From Perna viridis (Eukaryota), in the NCBI GenBank assembly GCA_037379345.1, contig CM074522.1, forward strand, positions 37,825,288 to 37,889,287: a stretch of 64,000 bases of DNA, written 5' to 3'. How positions within the stretch are numbered: position 1 is the first letter of the stretch; each line of letters opens with the position of its first letter. The position numbers and the translations under genes were made by a program. Of this stretch, positions 50,215 through 63,420 are shown piece after piece. A model generated the notes under the pieces. The model saw only the letters and a program-made list of their open reading frames with translations, was not told the DNA's origin and searched no databases.

Positions 50215-50444
50215 GGAACAACTTTAATAGGATACCAGTAGTAAAATACTAATAAACAAATGAAAAGTTCAGTTATCTTTATTTTAATTACCAGTAATAA
50301 AAATAACTCTCCTTCAGAACATACCCCCACAAGAAAAACAAAAACAAAAAACAAACCAAAAAAACAAAAAAAAAAAACAAAAAAAAATTTACCAAACATA
50401 CAAACAAAACAAAAATACCGAAACTGATGAAAAAAAAGACTTAA

Positions 50445-51170
50445 TTACCTAGTCCAACATCTGGAAGTGGTCATTAAACATTCCAGGTCAATCTCAAAAA
50501 CAATTTGAAAATACACGTAAACAACAGAATCGGATTAGAAAACTACAAACCGCATTTCTTTTCGGTCTTAATGATAAAATCAGGGACAAAGGGAACACAT
50601 GGATATTGTCGACAAAAGAAAACGCAGTCACAGATCTCATGGTAAACAAATTAATCGAAATAAATGTTTTAGCACGTTCATAGCACTTATTATTCACGGA
50701 ACAATGGTGGATATTAATTGTTATGTCAGTTGGGTTTATTACTTATTATAAAGTATATTATATCTTTAAAGAATGTGCACATACTAGTATATCTTTTAAA
50801 GGTCCATTCTACGAGGGTGATCGCATAATTATATCAAAAATTGTTATCTCGTACAGATAATCCTGAAGATCATAAATGACATTTTTATGTATAAAACACA
50901 TCAATAGCGGTATTGATTTCATACATTGATCAAGCATATTTCAATAAAATAACTGTTCAAAATTGCATACCTCCTATTTTCGATAACATTGAACCATCAA
51001 TTAGTTCTTATAGCTATAAACAATCTAGCAGAAATTTAATTTTTGATTATACATCAGTTATATCGGATGTTAACATTAAAGATAATACTCCTTTATCATG
51101 AGTTTACTATATCAAAATTCAGATATGAGCCCTGTGGTCATGTTATTCCCAGTGACCTTAACATCATCGA
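50445..51170 (+). mobile_element. Duplicate of PLE N-terminal fragment
   Basis: Near-identical to 37560-38285. Confidence 0.6.
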
Positions 51171-51175
51171 TGACC

Positions 51176-52125
51176 GAGCGCAAGCTTGAAGAACTATCCA
51201 GGCAACTGATGCTGTCTGAATTATCAATTTCTGAAAGTGCTCGTTCAGAACTTGATTCTGGTATCAAACAAGTTAGAACAACAGAGGGTGGGACTAAGTC
51301 TTACTTCACATCAACACACACACTTAATTCAGTATGTTCAATCCACGAACATGCTAATTATGACAGAACTCCGGGAATGGGCGAATTTGTTGCTAATCTC
51401 AACGGCGTAGAGTTCAGAACTCGTCACAACGATTACAAACTTAAAATGCCAAGTAAAACATCACAAGCCTACCACAGAACGTAGAATATTCCATTCCCAC
51501 GTGTTCCTCCGTCTGTCCTAGCCAAACGTACTCTTAACGACCAAAGAAATGCAGAACTACTTTAGAGCATTTACTTTCCAAAACTACCATTTCAGAGACT
51601 ACCGCCCATACTTCAAGCCAGTTCTTTGTTATCTAGAAGGTGCATGGACAACAAATACAAAGAACATAAACGAACCTTTCGAGAGCGACCGCCATAACAT
51701 CGATGCTCAGAATTGGTTTGACCTACAAGAGAAGATCAGATTTACTGCCTATACTGGGGGTAAGCACTACCTGGAAAATTTCTCCTATCTACCAACAACT
51801 ATCATGAATATGAACAATGGAACACCCGAGTATGCGCAGTTTAATTATAGAATACTGTGCCATCCACTCAAAAATGATCTTCCTCTTGGACTTCTGAAAC
51901 CAGTCGATGACATGGCTGCTAGAGTTACTCGCAAATTACCCGCATTGCTCACTCCCGTGCTGCGAGATTCTCCCTTGCAGCCGGCCACCGATTGAAAGGA
52001 AATCAGTTCCATTGGCAAGATGGATACGGTGCTTTTAGCGAAAGGAGATATGTTAATGGTTTATTGGACGATCTTATGAATGAGAACCCAAGCAAGAACA
52101 ACAATCCAGCTAAGCTTCACGATAC
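51176..52125 (+). pseudogene. Truncated pseudogene of gene A family (copy 2)
   Basis: Same stop (51482-51484), frameshifts and breakpoints as 38291-39240. Confidence 0.93.
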
Positions 52126-53225
52126 GTAAGAAATCTTTTTAGACGTATTTCCTCATACCACTGATTCAGGAGTCTGTTATGTAAAGATTTAAGGCGTTTA
52201 AGGAAATCAATATAGCTAGTAGTTGCTCTAGCGTAGCGAATCCGTTGAGAAATATAAACACCATATGCAGGAGATGAAGGTCTAATGTTGCATAAGTAAG
52301 ACAAATTAGGATTTTGAATTATAGTGGTCTCTTTTATCATAAATCTTAGTACTAAAATGACCAGTGTTGTCGAATTTTAGATCCTAAAAAGATGCTGAAC
52401 CAGCTGTTTCTGTAGTCTCCATTATCTCGAGCTTTGGTGGATATATTGAAGGTGACCATTAACCAATGAAGGGTTGTTAGTGGACAACAAATCAACAACA
52501 TGTATCTGTATGGAAAAAAGGATTAAGCATTTTCATATTTTGATTCTTTAGTTTACAAGATTCGGAAGAAATTCAATCTCGAATGAATACAGCAATATGG
52601 CTAACAGAGAAACACAATTAGTGCCTGTTGTAATGTCACCTTGTTGCTGAAAAATAGCTCGCCAAAATGTAACAAATATGTTATCAATGAGGAAATTAAG
52701 CATGCTACAAACATATTTTTTCTGTGTATCACACTCCCCCTTTGAGATGTTTATGAAAAAATCGTAGATTTGTAATCTAAAACAACATAATTTCTCGAAT
52801 CAGCAAGAGATTTTTTTCATTTTATCATGTGGCAATGTAGTGCAAAGAGTTGGGAAGTTAAAAGCTTGAGAACTAATTTCCGTAAAACTATAGGATTTTC
52901 GGTTTTTAAGTAAATCTTTAAATTTTTACGTATCCACATATGATAAATGTAACTACGAGATTAGGTAGTACTTCAACTAGCTTGCTGCCAATCTTTGACT
53001 GCGGACAATGTCTTAGTAAAGTGAATTGACATCTCTGTCGTGGAGCAAGATTCAGAATGCAGCTACGCACCGTTCTTTGTATGGATTCGTATGACGTTTG
53101 GGAATCCAATACAAGTAAGGAAAGTCCTCATATTTTGTTTCAATGTTGAAAGAAGACATGAAGGTTATTTAGGATTTCATGTTTGTTAAAAATAGTTCGT
53201 GTATATGTGTAATATTATTATCAAT
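52126..53225 (-). mobile_element. Duplicate decayed Penelope-like RT
   Basis: Near-identical to 39241-40330. Confidence 0.85.
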
Positions 53226-53494
53226 GCCTATCAAAGGTCTGAAAATAGATTGCACAAAGATTTAAGAATTAACTGAAAACCAAATCCACGCACAAGAATT
53301 AATACTTAACTTCAGAAACTCGGTTCGAGGTTTGTTTTTGTACTGGCAGACATAGCAGCCAGTAATGTGGTAATGCTGTGACGTAAATACTATATAAATG
53401 TACTTAAGAATGACATTTCGAATTCTTCTACAGTCCAAGCCATGTACTCAACAAGGAGTCAAATAGTAAACAATCATAATTCTGACAAAGATAA

Positions 53495-54495
53495 GCTAAA
53501 GGCTATACATACGTATTGAAGAAAGTGTGGACAGTTACGATTTCTTCACACTTCACACCACACATCACACCATACTTCACACCACACTTCCAAATTATTT
53601 ATTAATCAGAAATTTTCTTATTAAATGGTGTTTCGATTAAATATTACAAAAATATTTTTGTTGTAATAAATTTCAAGAAATGTCATTTTCTTAGACCAAC
53701 GAGAAATATAAAACTAAAATTACAGGATCCATTTAGGCGTAACAATTTATCGGCAGGTTGTCGGAATTCCGATGGGCACAAGTTGTGACTCCTTCAATAG
53801 CAGATATTCCGGTATTGTTATGTATCTCGGTTTATGGCCAAATTTCCTAACCAAAGATCCTTCCAAATCTGATTTAATAGAAAAAAATATGATACTTATC
53901 GCTACACTGATGACGCTGAATAACACTGACTTTTACAAATACACTGCTGGAATTTACCCAAAGGAACTGACTTTAAATAAAAGCTATTAAGAACAGTTTT
54001 TTGTTATCCATTTCTGTATTTGGATGCTTCCATTTTTACAAGGTAATCTCAAAACTAACATTTACTACAAGGAGGACGATTTCTCGTTTCCAATTTTTAA
54101 TTTTCTCTTTCTCGACGTTCCTTCGGTGTTTATATGTTTCAACTAGTTAGATATGCCCGCGTTTGTAGCGATGTTAGAATTTAATTAACGAGATCTCTTT
54201 ATTACCGGTAAATTGTTAAGTCAATGTTTCCGTTACCACACTTTTTTTCTGAATATTGCTCATAAAAATGAAGCGGTGAAGATTTGATGCTGAAGTTTGG
54301 TTGAACTTGTTGCAACATATTCAAAAATTGGATTTCATATCCTGGTTTTTATGGAAATGTAATAAAGCTCAGATCAATTTATTCTTGAAAAATATTTGAA
54401 TAAACTTATTCGTAAGGGTAATTTTCACTGTTTCATTGTCAAATCTTTGCATTATAATTTTATTGGTTCTAATATTGACTCTCATGTTAATAAAT
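53495..54495 (+). mobile_element. Duplicate decayed Penelope-like RT
   Basis: Near-identical to 40600-41600. Confidence 0.85.
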
Positions 54496-56392
54496 TAAAT
54501 ATCAATTATCTTTAGTATATTTTGCCCTACTTCCTGCCAATACTTTTCATCTTGGCTTTTGCGCGAAAACCTTGTTTTTCTTAGACATTTTATGATATGT
54601 CTTCAGTAAATCCTTTTGAACATGTTTTTATTGATAATTGTGTCTAAGTAAACTAAGTGGGCTTATCAGTTGCTTTTGCATTTTGAACTTGCTTACAGAA
54701 ACTGTAAGTACTCTTTCGATGTAGGCGCGGCTTGTTGTCTTTTGTCCTAATTGTTAATAGTTTCATATAATTTATATTGGAGCCTTTTACAGCTTGGTTT
54801 ATGGAATGGGTTTCGTCCATTATCGAAGATCATGTTGTGACCTTTAGAAGTGTAATTGTTCATGGCTTGGCATTTGGTGGATAGCTAACTCTTCGGCAAT
54901 CATACCACGTCTCCTATTATTGTTAGCGACTTCTCCTAGTTGTAATTTCGGTACTTAGTATTCGCATAAATATATAAGTAATGCTGCAGATCCTCGCCGT
55001 TTTTTTTTCGCAGTAGCGTCACAGTTCTAACTACATACGAGATAAAAATGTACCTCTTAAGTATCATACAGTTACATGTGTGTTCTGCGTGTGTTTCTCT
55101 CTTGTATGAAAATGGGAAGTTTACATGAAATGATCGGTTAGCTTTGAACATTACCCAGTTTCCGATTCAGGCATTTGGGGTCGTTACAAGACAATACAGG
55201 TCATATACATTAGCACGCCCCAATATTTATGAATATTCATTGCCAGTTGACTAATCTGGTTCCTAAACTGATTCCCTTGTCAATATAATAAGCGACTCAA
55301 AGATTGCTACAAAGTACCTCTTTTAAAACATATACACATTTGACATTTTAGCGGAAGTCACCTTATTTTAGAGCATAGCGCATTCGTAACATTTCGGATG
55401 TTGAAAGGAAGCCAAAATCACTGACTGAATATCTGACGATTAGCGACTTTGAAGACTTCAGTCTTTGATATTATATTTTGTATTTATTACTACTATAGTA
55501 TTAAGTGAATTTATCTACATGCTATGGGTCTTTTAAGACCCTGCCAGGTACTAAAGAGATGGAGGAGAAACCAGAACCGGACTCACTGTCAACAGTTGTC
55601 TTTGGTACAACGTCGCATTTACAACCTTAAACACTGCAATAATTTACATAAATCAGTATTCAAAAACATAGAAGCAGCAAACTGTATTGAATCTGCTCTG
55701 AGAAATGAGAAATATTTTGTTATACCCTCGACAAAGCCCTGAACAACATTGTTGTTTATGTGAAGCGAATAACTACTAATGCTCAACAAAAGAACCGAGA
55801 TAAAAGATAATTCTTGTAATCCTACAAACACAATATGTTCTACAAATCATAGGTAACCACAAGTTCTTCATGGCTTCGGTAAATATTTTTTCAAATGACA
55901 TCTAGAAGTCTGAGGATTTTCTTTATTTGTAATGGATTCCAAAACTACATTAAAATCAATACAAGCAAAATCATGTACGTGCTCAACAAACGAGCCGTCT
56001 GGACGCAGTGAAGGAGGGAAAACAAAAATACTGTGAAACTTGCGAATTGCTATTTATTATATGTGGATTTTACTTTATACTTTTCAACATTATATACTAC
56101 CTGACCCTACGAAAACCTGTCTAAAAGAAGTCAAACACGAAGCATTTCACTGTAAGAATGATAATTCTTACAAATTTGTCACTTTCAAATTGTCACTTTT
56201 CTCAACAGGTTATTGTTATTCCAATAAGTATTCATCGTCCCCTACTCCTAGCCGACCGGTTTCTATATTCATATGAATCAGAGTTTGTTCAAATTCTTAT
56301 GAAAGATTCCAGAACTAAATTAAAGAGACAACTGACACATCTTTTACACGTCCTTTTTTTTTTACTTCACTTATATGACAACCGTGGTCATT

Positions 56393-56425
<33 letters not shown>

Positions 56426-56729
56426 ATGGATAAATAAACGCATGCCATGCTCCAAATTTAGCAATTTGAAATGAAGGAACATGGTTAATATAACGATGTG
56501 TGAAATTAAAGGATGTAGATTCTTTAACCTTCTTGAGATTCAAGTATAAAATCTTGCCTTGCACTTTATGTTTGTATGATCTGTTTCATGTTTTTTTTTA
56601 ATTAAATGAAAATAAGGTAAGACCCAAGACATCTCAGTTGATGTAATATTCAACGAGGCAATGTAGGATTTACGGATAACTAGGATTTCATCCTTGTACA
56701 GCGTTTGTATATAGTATTACCAGATTATA

Positions 56730-57490
56730 TTTAATTCCTTGTTCTTGTCTTTGATAAAGAACCACCCAGATGAAACTTCTATAAATTTTATATGATCCGC
56801 CATTCGGTTTAAAGATAGTTTCACTACTAGTCTTTAGCATTATAAAATTCATAAATTAATTTTCTCTACATATCTTAAAAAATGGAAAAAAAAATATTTA
56901 GACAAAAACAAAAGGTGTTTAGATGACTAAACGAAATATCTAGACGGAAAGCACATAGGTAGTTTAAAACTATCTAGATGCTTCCTTGGGTGATCCTGGG
57001 GGTAGATGCGAAGTATTTAATATTCCAATATAGGACTGAAACGTCTGAATATCATCCGTATAGCAAAAACTAAAATTAAAGGATATGGCAAAACGAAGTT
57101 CATTCTTTTGGATAACATCAGCTTTATAAGAGTAAAGGCATATGTCAGCAAGTATCGGGGCATAATTTGTACCCATTGGAATGAAGACATATAGTTGCAC
57201 AACGCTTGGCACATATCTGTTGTCGATAGAAATTTGATAACATCTTTCTCAGAATATTTAGAAGATCATTTGGAATCGTTTTTGTTCGCGTATTTGTATC
57301 TAGATGCTCCATCATTCTTAGAATATCAACGATGCTGACTGCTTTTGAATCGGAATCTTAACAGAGAATTTTGAAAAGTATAAAGAGATGGAAAATTAGA
57401 GGTATATCGCTATTATTAAATTCCGAAAGCAGTTTAGCGAGTTCCAAGACGATCTTCCCAATTATAATCTAGCTGTTCTTGTCGAAATTT
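56730..57490 (-). mobile_element. Duplicate decayed Penelope-like RT
   Basis: Near-identical to 43950-44700. Confidence 0.8.
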
Positions 57491-57822
57491 TCAAACAACC
57501 TCAACACATTTCAATATATTTCAAGGTGTTTAAATGTGTTTTTATTTTGTGCGTTGTCTTTTGTACCTGTACCTTTCTTTTTATCATCTTTGTATTGTCC
57601 TTGTTGTAATTGTTGGGTTTGTTGGGTTCACAAAAATATTTTATGTACTATTTATTTGTGCCCAAGTTATTGCACTTGAACTCAACAAAATACGCCTGAG
57701 TGTTCAAGACATAAAGTTAGGGAAAATTAGAATAACTTATCTATAGAGTACTTCTTGTGCATATCAAATCATGTCTTAAAGTAATATTGACTATATGTTT
57801 GTAGACAGTTTCTGCAATAATA

Positions 57823-57882
<60 letters not shown>

Positions 57883-60167
57883 AGCCTGAATACGGCAACT
57901 TAAGATAAAACAGAACGTCTTTAATTTTACATCGAAACCTGTGTTAACCTTAGCCTGAACAAACAAAAACCCGATTCTTTTCTTTTTTCTCTCGGTTTTT
58001 GTGTAAATAATCTGTTGTTATTTGATTGTTCATGTTACAACATGACAGTGGTTGTTTTGCGTATTGTATGTTACATTTTTTTTGTTATTCTTCAAACTTA
58101 CTGTATTTTTTCATTTATTCATTTTCAGTCAGCCCAAAAAGTATTTTATTTGCATGATAACTGACAAACTGCAAATAATATGAACAGTAAGTATATATAA
58201 ATAAGAAATAAGTAAAAATAGCCACAATTTAAAAGGTGAAAAAGGAAATAAATACAAAATACAAACAAAACGTATTGGGCGAAAATTTTCTGATTTACTG
58301 ACTTTGTTTCAATTGAAACAACTTCGTAGATGTTTATGTAATATCAGGTTGGGAAACGAGATATAATGAATTATGCATTCTTAAGATAATAATCGACATA
58401 TAATTATTACATGCAAGTTTATGATTGGCGAAGTGGATACTTAAGTTATAATGTAACTAAATACTACTTCATGATGAACAATTTCTTTTAATTCGCATTG
58501 ATGAGCAAGGAATGATTCTTTCATTTCTTTTATAACAAGGCAGCATTTGATAAAGCAGAAACAAATAATTAAAGGTTCGGTGAGGTTCTCATTACTTCGA
58601 TCGAGTTAAGATACATACAGATTCAAAATTAGGTTTCATTAGTTATTAGATGATACAGGAAAGTTGAAATGCCAAATGGTGTTTAGAAATCTGTAATTGT
58701 TTTCTAAAATTAACTGTACAGATGAAGTTTTATAATCAAAACGACAAAATGTACACAGAAAAACATTTAATAAGGAATTAACTCAAATAATGCCTTAATT
58801 ATTGCCAGAAAACGTTTGGCCTCAACGCGGTGCACAACGGACATTGAACAGAAATTCGACTCTAATTGTGTAAATAGTTTAAGTCTTTTTGTTAATCATT
58901 TTTGCAAAATTGATACACATATCAACGTTAAATTCCTCTTTGTTTATTTGCAAACATATTGCAGACGAATCTATTTATAACATTATAGCTTATAAAGCTC
59001 TTTATAACAGCTCCTCAGAGCATTTTCCCTTTTTGTATTTACTTTCCCCTTTTTCGCTCTACAAGTATATGTATGTAATAAAAATACATCGGAAGCATGT
59101 GCAACATGTCCTTAAAATATGATACATTCTACCTTTCTTTTTTTCCTAAGCAATTGTTCTTTTATATCAAAGATCTTGCACTTAGTAATCATGACCCCAG
59201 ACAAAAGTAACCCAAAGGCTACAAAATAATCATTGTCGATTTCATATCACAAACACTGGCAGGTGGTGCAATTGACCTGCACGTATATAACAGAAACAGT
59301 TATGGTTGTAGTCAAGTATTTCGCAGGGTCGATCGTGATTCCCTAAGCAGCCTGTTGTAGAATCGAACCATCAGAAAGGTAACTTTTATACTAAGATATA
59401 TACAATATGTATGTTCCGATAATTTGTTTTGTGTAAATGTTAAAACTTATCAAAATACCCTTATTTCAACTTGCTTTAAATTTGAAATTGAGCGGATAAC
59501 TTTAAGGAAAAGAAAATATTGATATAATTCAATGTCCTCATAGAGGAAAAGGGTTAACTTGTAAAATATTTTTATGATATTGTGACAAGTTTGCTCAACG
59601 TTTGTGTTAATGCGTAATCATCGCATATCACTTCTGATACATAATTTTTATTTTAGTAAGAAAAATGTGTATTTTTTTTATCACTCATTTTTAAATGCTA
59701 TACCAAATTAGGACCATTACGGTGGTTTCAAAGTTTCATGGTTTTTTACCCTTATTTTGCCATTTCCTTTTGACTCTTATTTTTGACAACTGGTTAAATG
59801 TTCTCTGTTCGGTAATTTTGCCATTACACTTTTTTTATGAAAATTTACACTCGTGTTGTGCAAATGTAAGACAAAAGATCGCTATTTTTTTAAATGTATT
59901 CACTAATATCATGTAAACGCACCATCGCATTAACGTACTAACTGGAATAATTTGGCAAATATGAAAATCATTTTCCTCTTGAATGTTTCTCAGCAAAACT
60001 GTGGTCTATTTGTTTTATGTCACACAAAGTATTTTGAAAATTAATTTCAAATTGAATGGCCAATTTAAAAAAATACTCGTTGGATATCTCCCGTCAAAGT
60101 TTGGATCCTCATTTTCAATGAGCTTAAGCTAGTAAAAATTGGTTTGTTAAATGATTATAACTATATA

Positions 60168-60367
60168 CTGTGAAAGTACTTTAATTCGTGGATACCAATT
60201 TCCGTTGATTAGGGAAGAAACACAAATTCGTGGATTCTTGAATTCGTGGTTTTGTGGTTTTTAGTATACACGGAAATCTTCTTGTCGTTGGGAACCAAAT
60301 TTCGTGGTTTGGCCTACCCACGAAAACCATGAAAGTTTGTACCCCACGAATAATGGTGCTTTCACAG
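60168..60367. mobile_element. 200-bp MITE (duplicate of 47353-47552)
   Basis: Same TIRs and TA duplication. Confidence 0.85.
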
Positions 60368-60984
60368 TATCCTTTTAGCGAAATTAAAGGAATAATCGAT
60401 AAAAAAAAAAACATCCTTGTTACCTTCATTTCTAAATGTCGAGATAGGGCTTGTAAAAGAATGGGTCCCTAATTTCTCTTCAAAGAGTAATCAAGGAAAC
60501 CAGATTCGAGCAGAAAACACAAGAATACTAAGTATTATTCAAAGAAAACTGATACATACAAAAATGAACATAAAATAACCAAAATGACAAGCACAAAGAA
60601 ACAAAAGAAAATGAACTTGGACTCTACCAAAAACTGGGAGCAAAAGCATAGAAAGTTGTTGTTTTTAGAGTAAAGACTGCAATCAAATCAACGCAAACAT
60701 TTATGTTAGATGTGATGATAAACATATGACTCTTACTATCCGTTTACTATGATGAGTTTGTACGAAATAAAAAAAAATGCCTCTAATTATACATCACAAT
60801 AAGTAGCAAAATACATAGCTTCCTTTTTGGATACTTTACGAAATATATATATTACGGTCTGCAAAGGAATCGTGAAGGAGACTAACTATCCTTTTAACAT
60901 AAGAAACCACTACAGCACAATAGTTAGGACATATTAAATAGAAAAACAATAATGATCAGTTATATTGATCTTACAGAAACTACG

Positions 60985-63027
60985 ATGAAAACCTTTTTGG
61001 TTTTATCTTGGTTGGTTACTGTCACCATGGCAGTGGTTGACGAACATCGAGTCAGCTTATTAGAGCGCAAGCTTGAAGAACTGTCTAGACAACTTATGTT
61101 GACCGAGTTATCGATATCTGAGAGAGCTCGTTCACAACTGGACTCTGGTATCAAACAAGTTAGAATAACGGGAGATGGAACCAAACCTTATTTCACATCA
61201 ACACACACACTTAATTCAGTATGTTCAATCCACGAACATGCTAATTATGACAGAGCTCCGGGAATGGGCGAATTTGTTGCTAATCTCAACGGCGTAGAGT
61301 TCAGAACTCGTCACAACGATTACAAACTTGTAATGCCAAGTAAAACATCACAAGCCTACCACAAAACGGAGGATATTCCATTCCCACGTGTTCCTCCGTC
61401 TGTCCTAGCCAAACGTACTCTTAACGACCAAATCAAAGAAATGCAGAACTACTTTAGAGCATTTACTTTCCAAAACTACCATTTCAGAGACTACCGCCCA
61501 TACTTCAAGCCAGTTCTCTGTTATCTAGAAGGTACATGGACAACAAATACAAAGAACATAAACGAACCTTTCGAGAGCGACCGCCATCACATCGATGCTC
61601 AGAATTGGTTTGACCTACAAGAAAAGATCAGATTTACTGCCTATACTGGGGGTAAGCACTACCTGGAAAATTTCTCCTATCTACCAACAACTATCATGAA
61701 TATGAACAATGGAACACCCGAGTATGCGCAGTTTAATTATAGAATACTGTGTCATCCACTCAAAAATGATCTTCCTCTTGGACTTCTGAAACCAGTCGAT
61801 GACATGGCTGCTAGAGTTGCTCGCAAATGGAACATTACCCGCTTTGCTCACTCCCGTGCTGCGAGATTCTCCCTTGCAGCCGACCACCGATTGAGAGGAA
61901 ATCAGTTCCATTGGCAAGATGGATACGGTGCTTTTAGCGAAAGGAGATATGTTAATGGTTTATTGGACGATCTTATGAATGAGATCCCAGGCAAGAACAA
62001 CTATCCAGCTAAGCTTCACGATACAACATTTGATATGAAGACAGTTGACTCTCGCCATCCACAGAACGCGACCCTGCTGAACACCGGATATTACCACAGA
62101 TACTACAACCATGATAGAAAAGGTGCCATGGGAACGTTCAGAAATCATAGAGGATACTCAGACTCAAACTTATTCGTAGCTCAAACTACTAATCCCGAAG
62201 TGGCCGAAATGAAAATAAAATGGTGCAGAAAAGATAATCATCAAAAACAAATCTGTAGTCAGGAAGGGGTGCGATATTCCTATGCCATTCCATTGGAAAT
62301 AATTTACATGACACCACTCATGTCATGGAACCCTCACAATCTACCTACAATCACCGACCACAGGAAATTCTATCTGGTTACGAAGGGAGGCAGAAATGGT
62401 GGAATGACAAAAGACAAGGCATACAATGGAACTGCCCTGAACAATTACTACCACACTCCTGTCGAATTTTTCCACGGTACCAATGACGACAAGGATAAGG
62501 CCGACACCAACAGAGGTGCAGTTGGTGTTCTAGACAGTCATGGCAACATCAAGCGTGTCGTAGCATCCGGTGTACGCATCACATTGCCTGACATCCCAGG
62601 AGTCGGCAAAGTCAGAATGAGATACCCAATCATGCCAGTAGCAGCCGAGGGAGACCCCACAAGGAAGGAATTAGAAGCTGTTAAAGAGGTTCTTAACCAT
62701 CTTGAAACAATGGGATCATATCTCCAGGAGAAACCAAGTTCCCTTTCAGGGGGTGGGAATGCTAAAGCTGATGCTCACTTCAGAACCTCCGTTACCAACC
62801 AAGATCCACCAGGTCATCACTATCACGAACTGTTTATCCCCAACGAGGACATGCTCGCACTAGGCAAAGGAGAGACAGTCGCCGTCGTTACCACTACCGA
62901 CAACAGCCACGATCACACACTCGAGGTTTCATATAATACACAAACCCACAAATACACAATACACAAATGTGACGGATTGGCTCATTGTTGGGACGGTCAT
63001 ACTCAGGATCTTCTCCGACTGGAATGA
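60985..63027 (+). CDS. Uncharacterised secreted His/Cys-motif protein, gene B (680 aa)
   Basis: Uninterrupted ORF after the ttacag acceptor. Same N-terminus as 48172. The C-terminal ~40% carries many synonymous and some amino-acid changes relative to gene A, and the 3' flank differs. Confidence 0.93.
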   Translation: MKTFLVLSWLVTVTMAVVDEHRVSLLERKLEELSRQLMLTELSISERARSQLDSGIKQVRITGDGTKPYFTSTHTLNSVCSIHEHANYDRAPGMGEFVANLNGVEFRTRHNDYKLVMPSKTSQAYHKTEDIPFPRVPPSVLAKRTLNDQIKEMQNYFRAFTFQNYHFRDYRPYFKPVLCYLEGTWTTNTKNINEPFESDRHHIDAQNWFDLQEKIRFTAYTGGKHYLENFSYLPTTIMNMNNGTPEYAQFNYRILCHPLKNDLPLGLLKPVDDMAARVARKWNITRFAHSRAARFSLAADHRLRGNQFHWQDGYGAFSERRYVNGLLDDLMNEIPGKNNYPAKLHDTTFDMKTVDSRHPQNATLLNTGYYHRYYNHDRKGAMGTFRNHRGYSDSNLFVAQTTNPEVAEMKIKWCRKDNHQKQICSQEGVRYSYAIPLEIIYMTPLMSWNPHNLPTITDHRKFYLVTKGGRNGGMTKDKAYNGTALNNYYHTPVEFFHGTNDDKDKADTNRGAVGVLDSHGNIKRVVASGVRITLPDIPGVGKVRMRYPIMPVAAEGDPTRKELEAVKEVLNHLETMGSYLQEKPSSLSGGGNAKADAHFRTSVTNQDPPGHHYHELFIPNEDMLALGKGETVAVVTTTDNSHDHTLEVSYNTQTHKYTIHKCDGLAHCWDGHTQDLLRLE

Positions 63028-63298
63028 GGAACCAAAAAAAAGACATTTATTAGTTCATTTTTGTTAATTAAAATCACTAAATCTTTTTTATATCATTTCT
63101 TTGAAAAGAGAAATCGCTGTACGTTTAACAGAGACGATGAAAATGGCCCACGATAAATTACAATCCCTTGTTTAGTGGAGCAAGGTTGCTCATTTATCCT
63201 TTAAGAACTAGTTAATATGATAGCTCCAGGTTTTCGTTTGTTGTTTCCCTTAAAAACGCTACTGGGTTCAATACGTTTTATTACTTATGAAAATGGTG

Positions 63299-63336
63299 TG
63301 GTTACCCATGAATCAAAAATATAAAATTATAATATT

Positions 63337-63367
<31 letters not shown>

Positions 63368-63420
63368 TTATATATATATATATATATTAGAATTTTATAT
63401 TTTTGATTCATGGGTAACCA
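63299..63420. repeat. Palindrome: 30-bp perfect inverted repeat around a (TA)n core
   Basis: tggttacccatgaatcaaaaatataaaatt ...(TA)n... aattttatatttttgattcatgggtaacca. Confidence 0.9.

Larger units (their letters stand above)
35495..61200 (+). repeat. Tandem segmental duplication, two units of ~12.85 kb (35495-48381 and 48382-61194)
   Basis: The gene, pseudogene, PLE fragments and MITE all recur at offsets of 12887-12813 bp with only scattered SNPs and indels. Confidence 0.95.

Noticed and set aside
57824-57880. Long poly(A) as a retrocopy tail
   Set aside because: The corresponding site in unit 1 (45032-45066) is a shorter interrupted A-run, so this is slippage or a sequencing homopolymer error.
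28194-63027. Bacterial contamination or a prokaryotic operon
   Set aside because: Splice acceptors, poly(A) signals, host repeats and contiguity with a spliced LSG1 show the genes are integrated eukaryotic loci.
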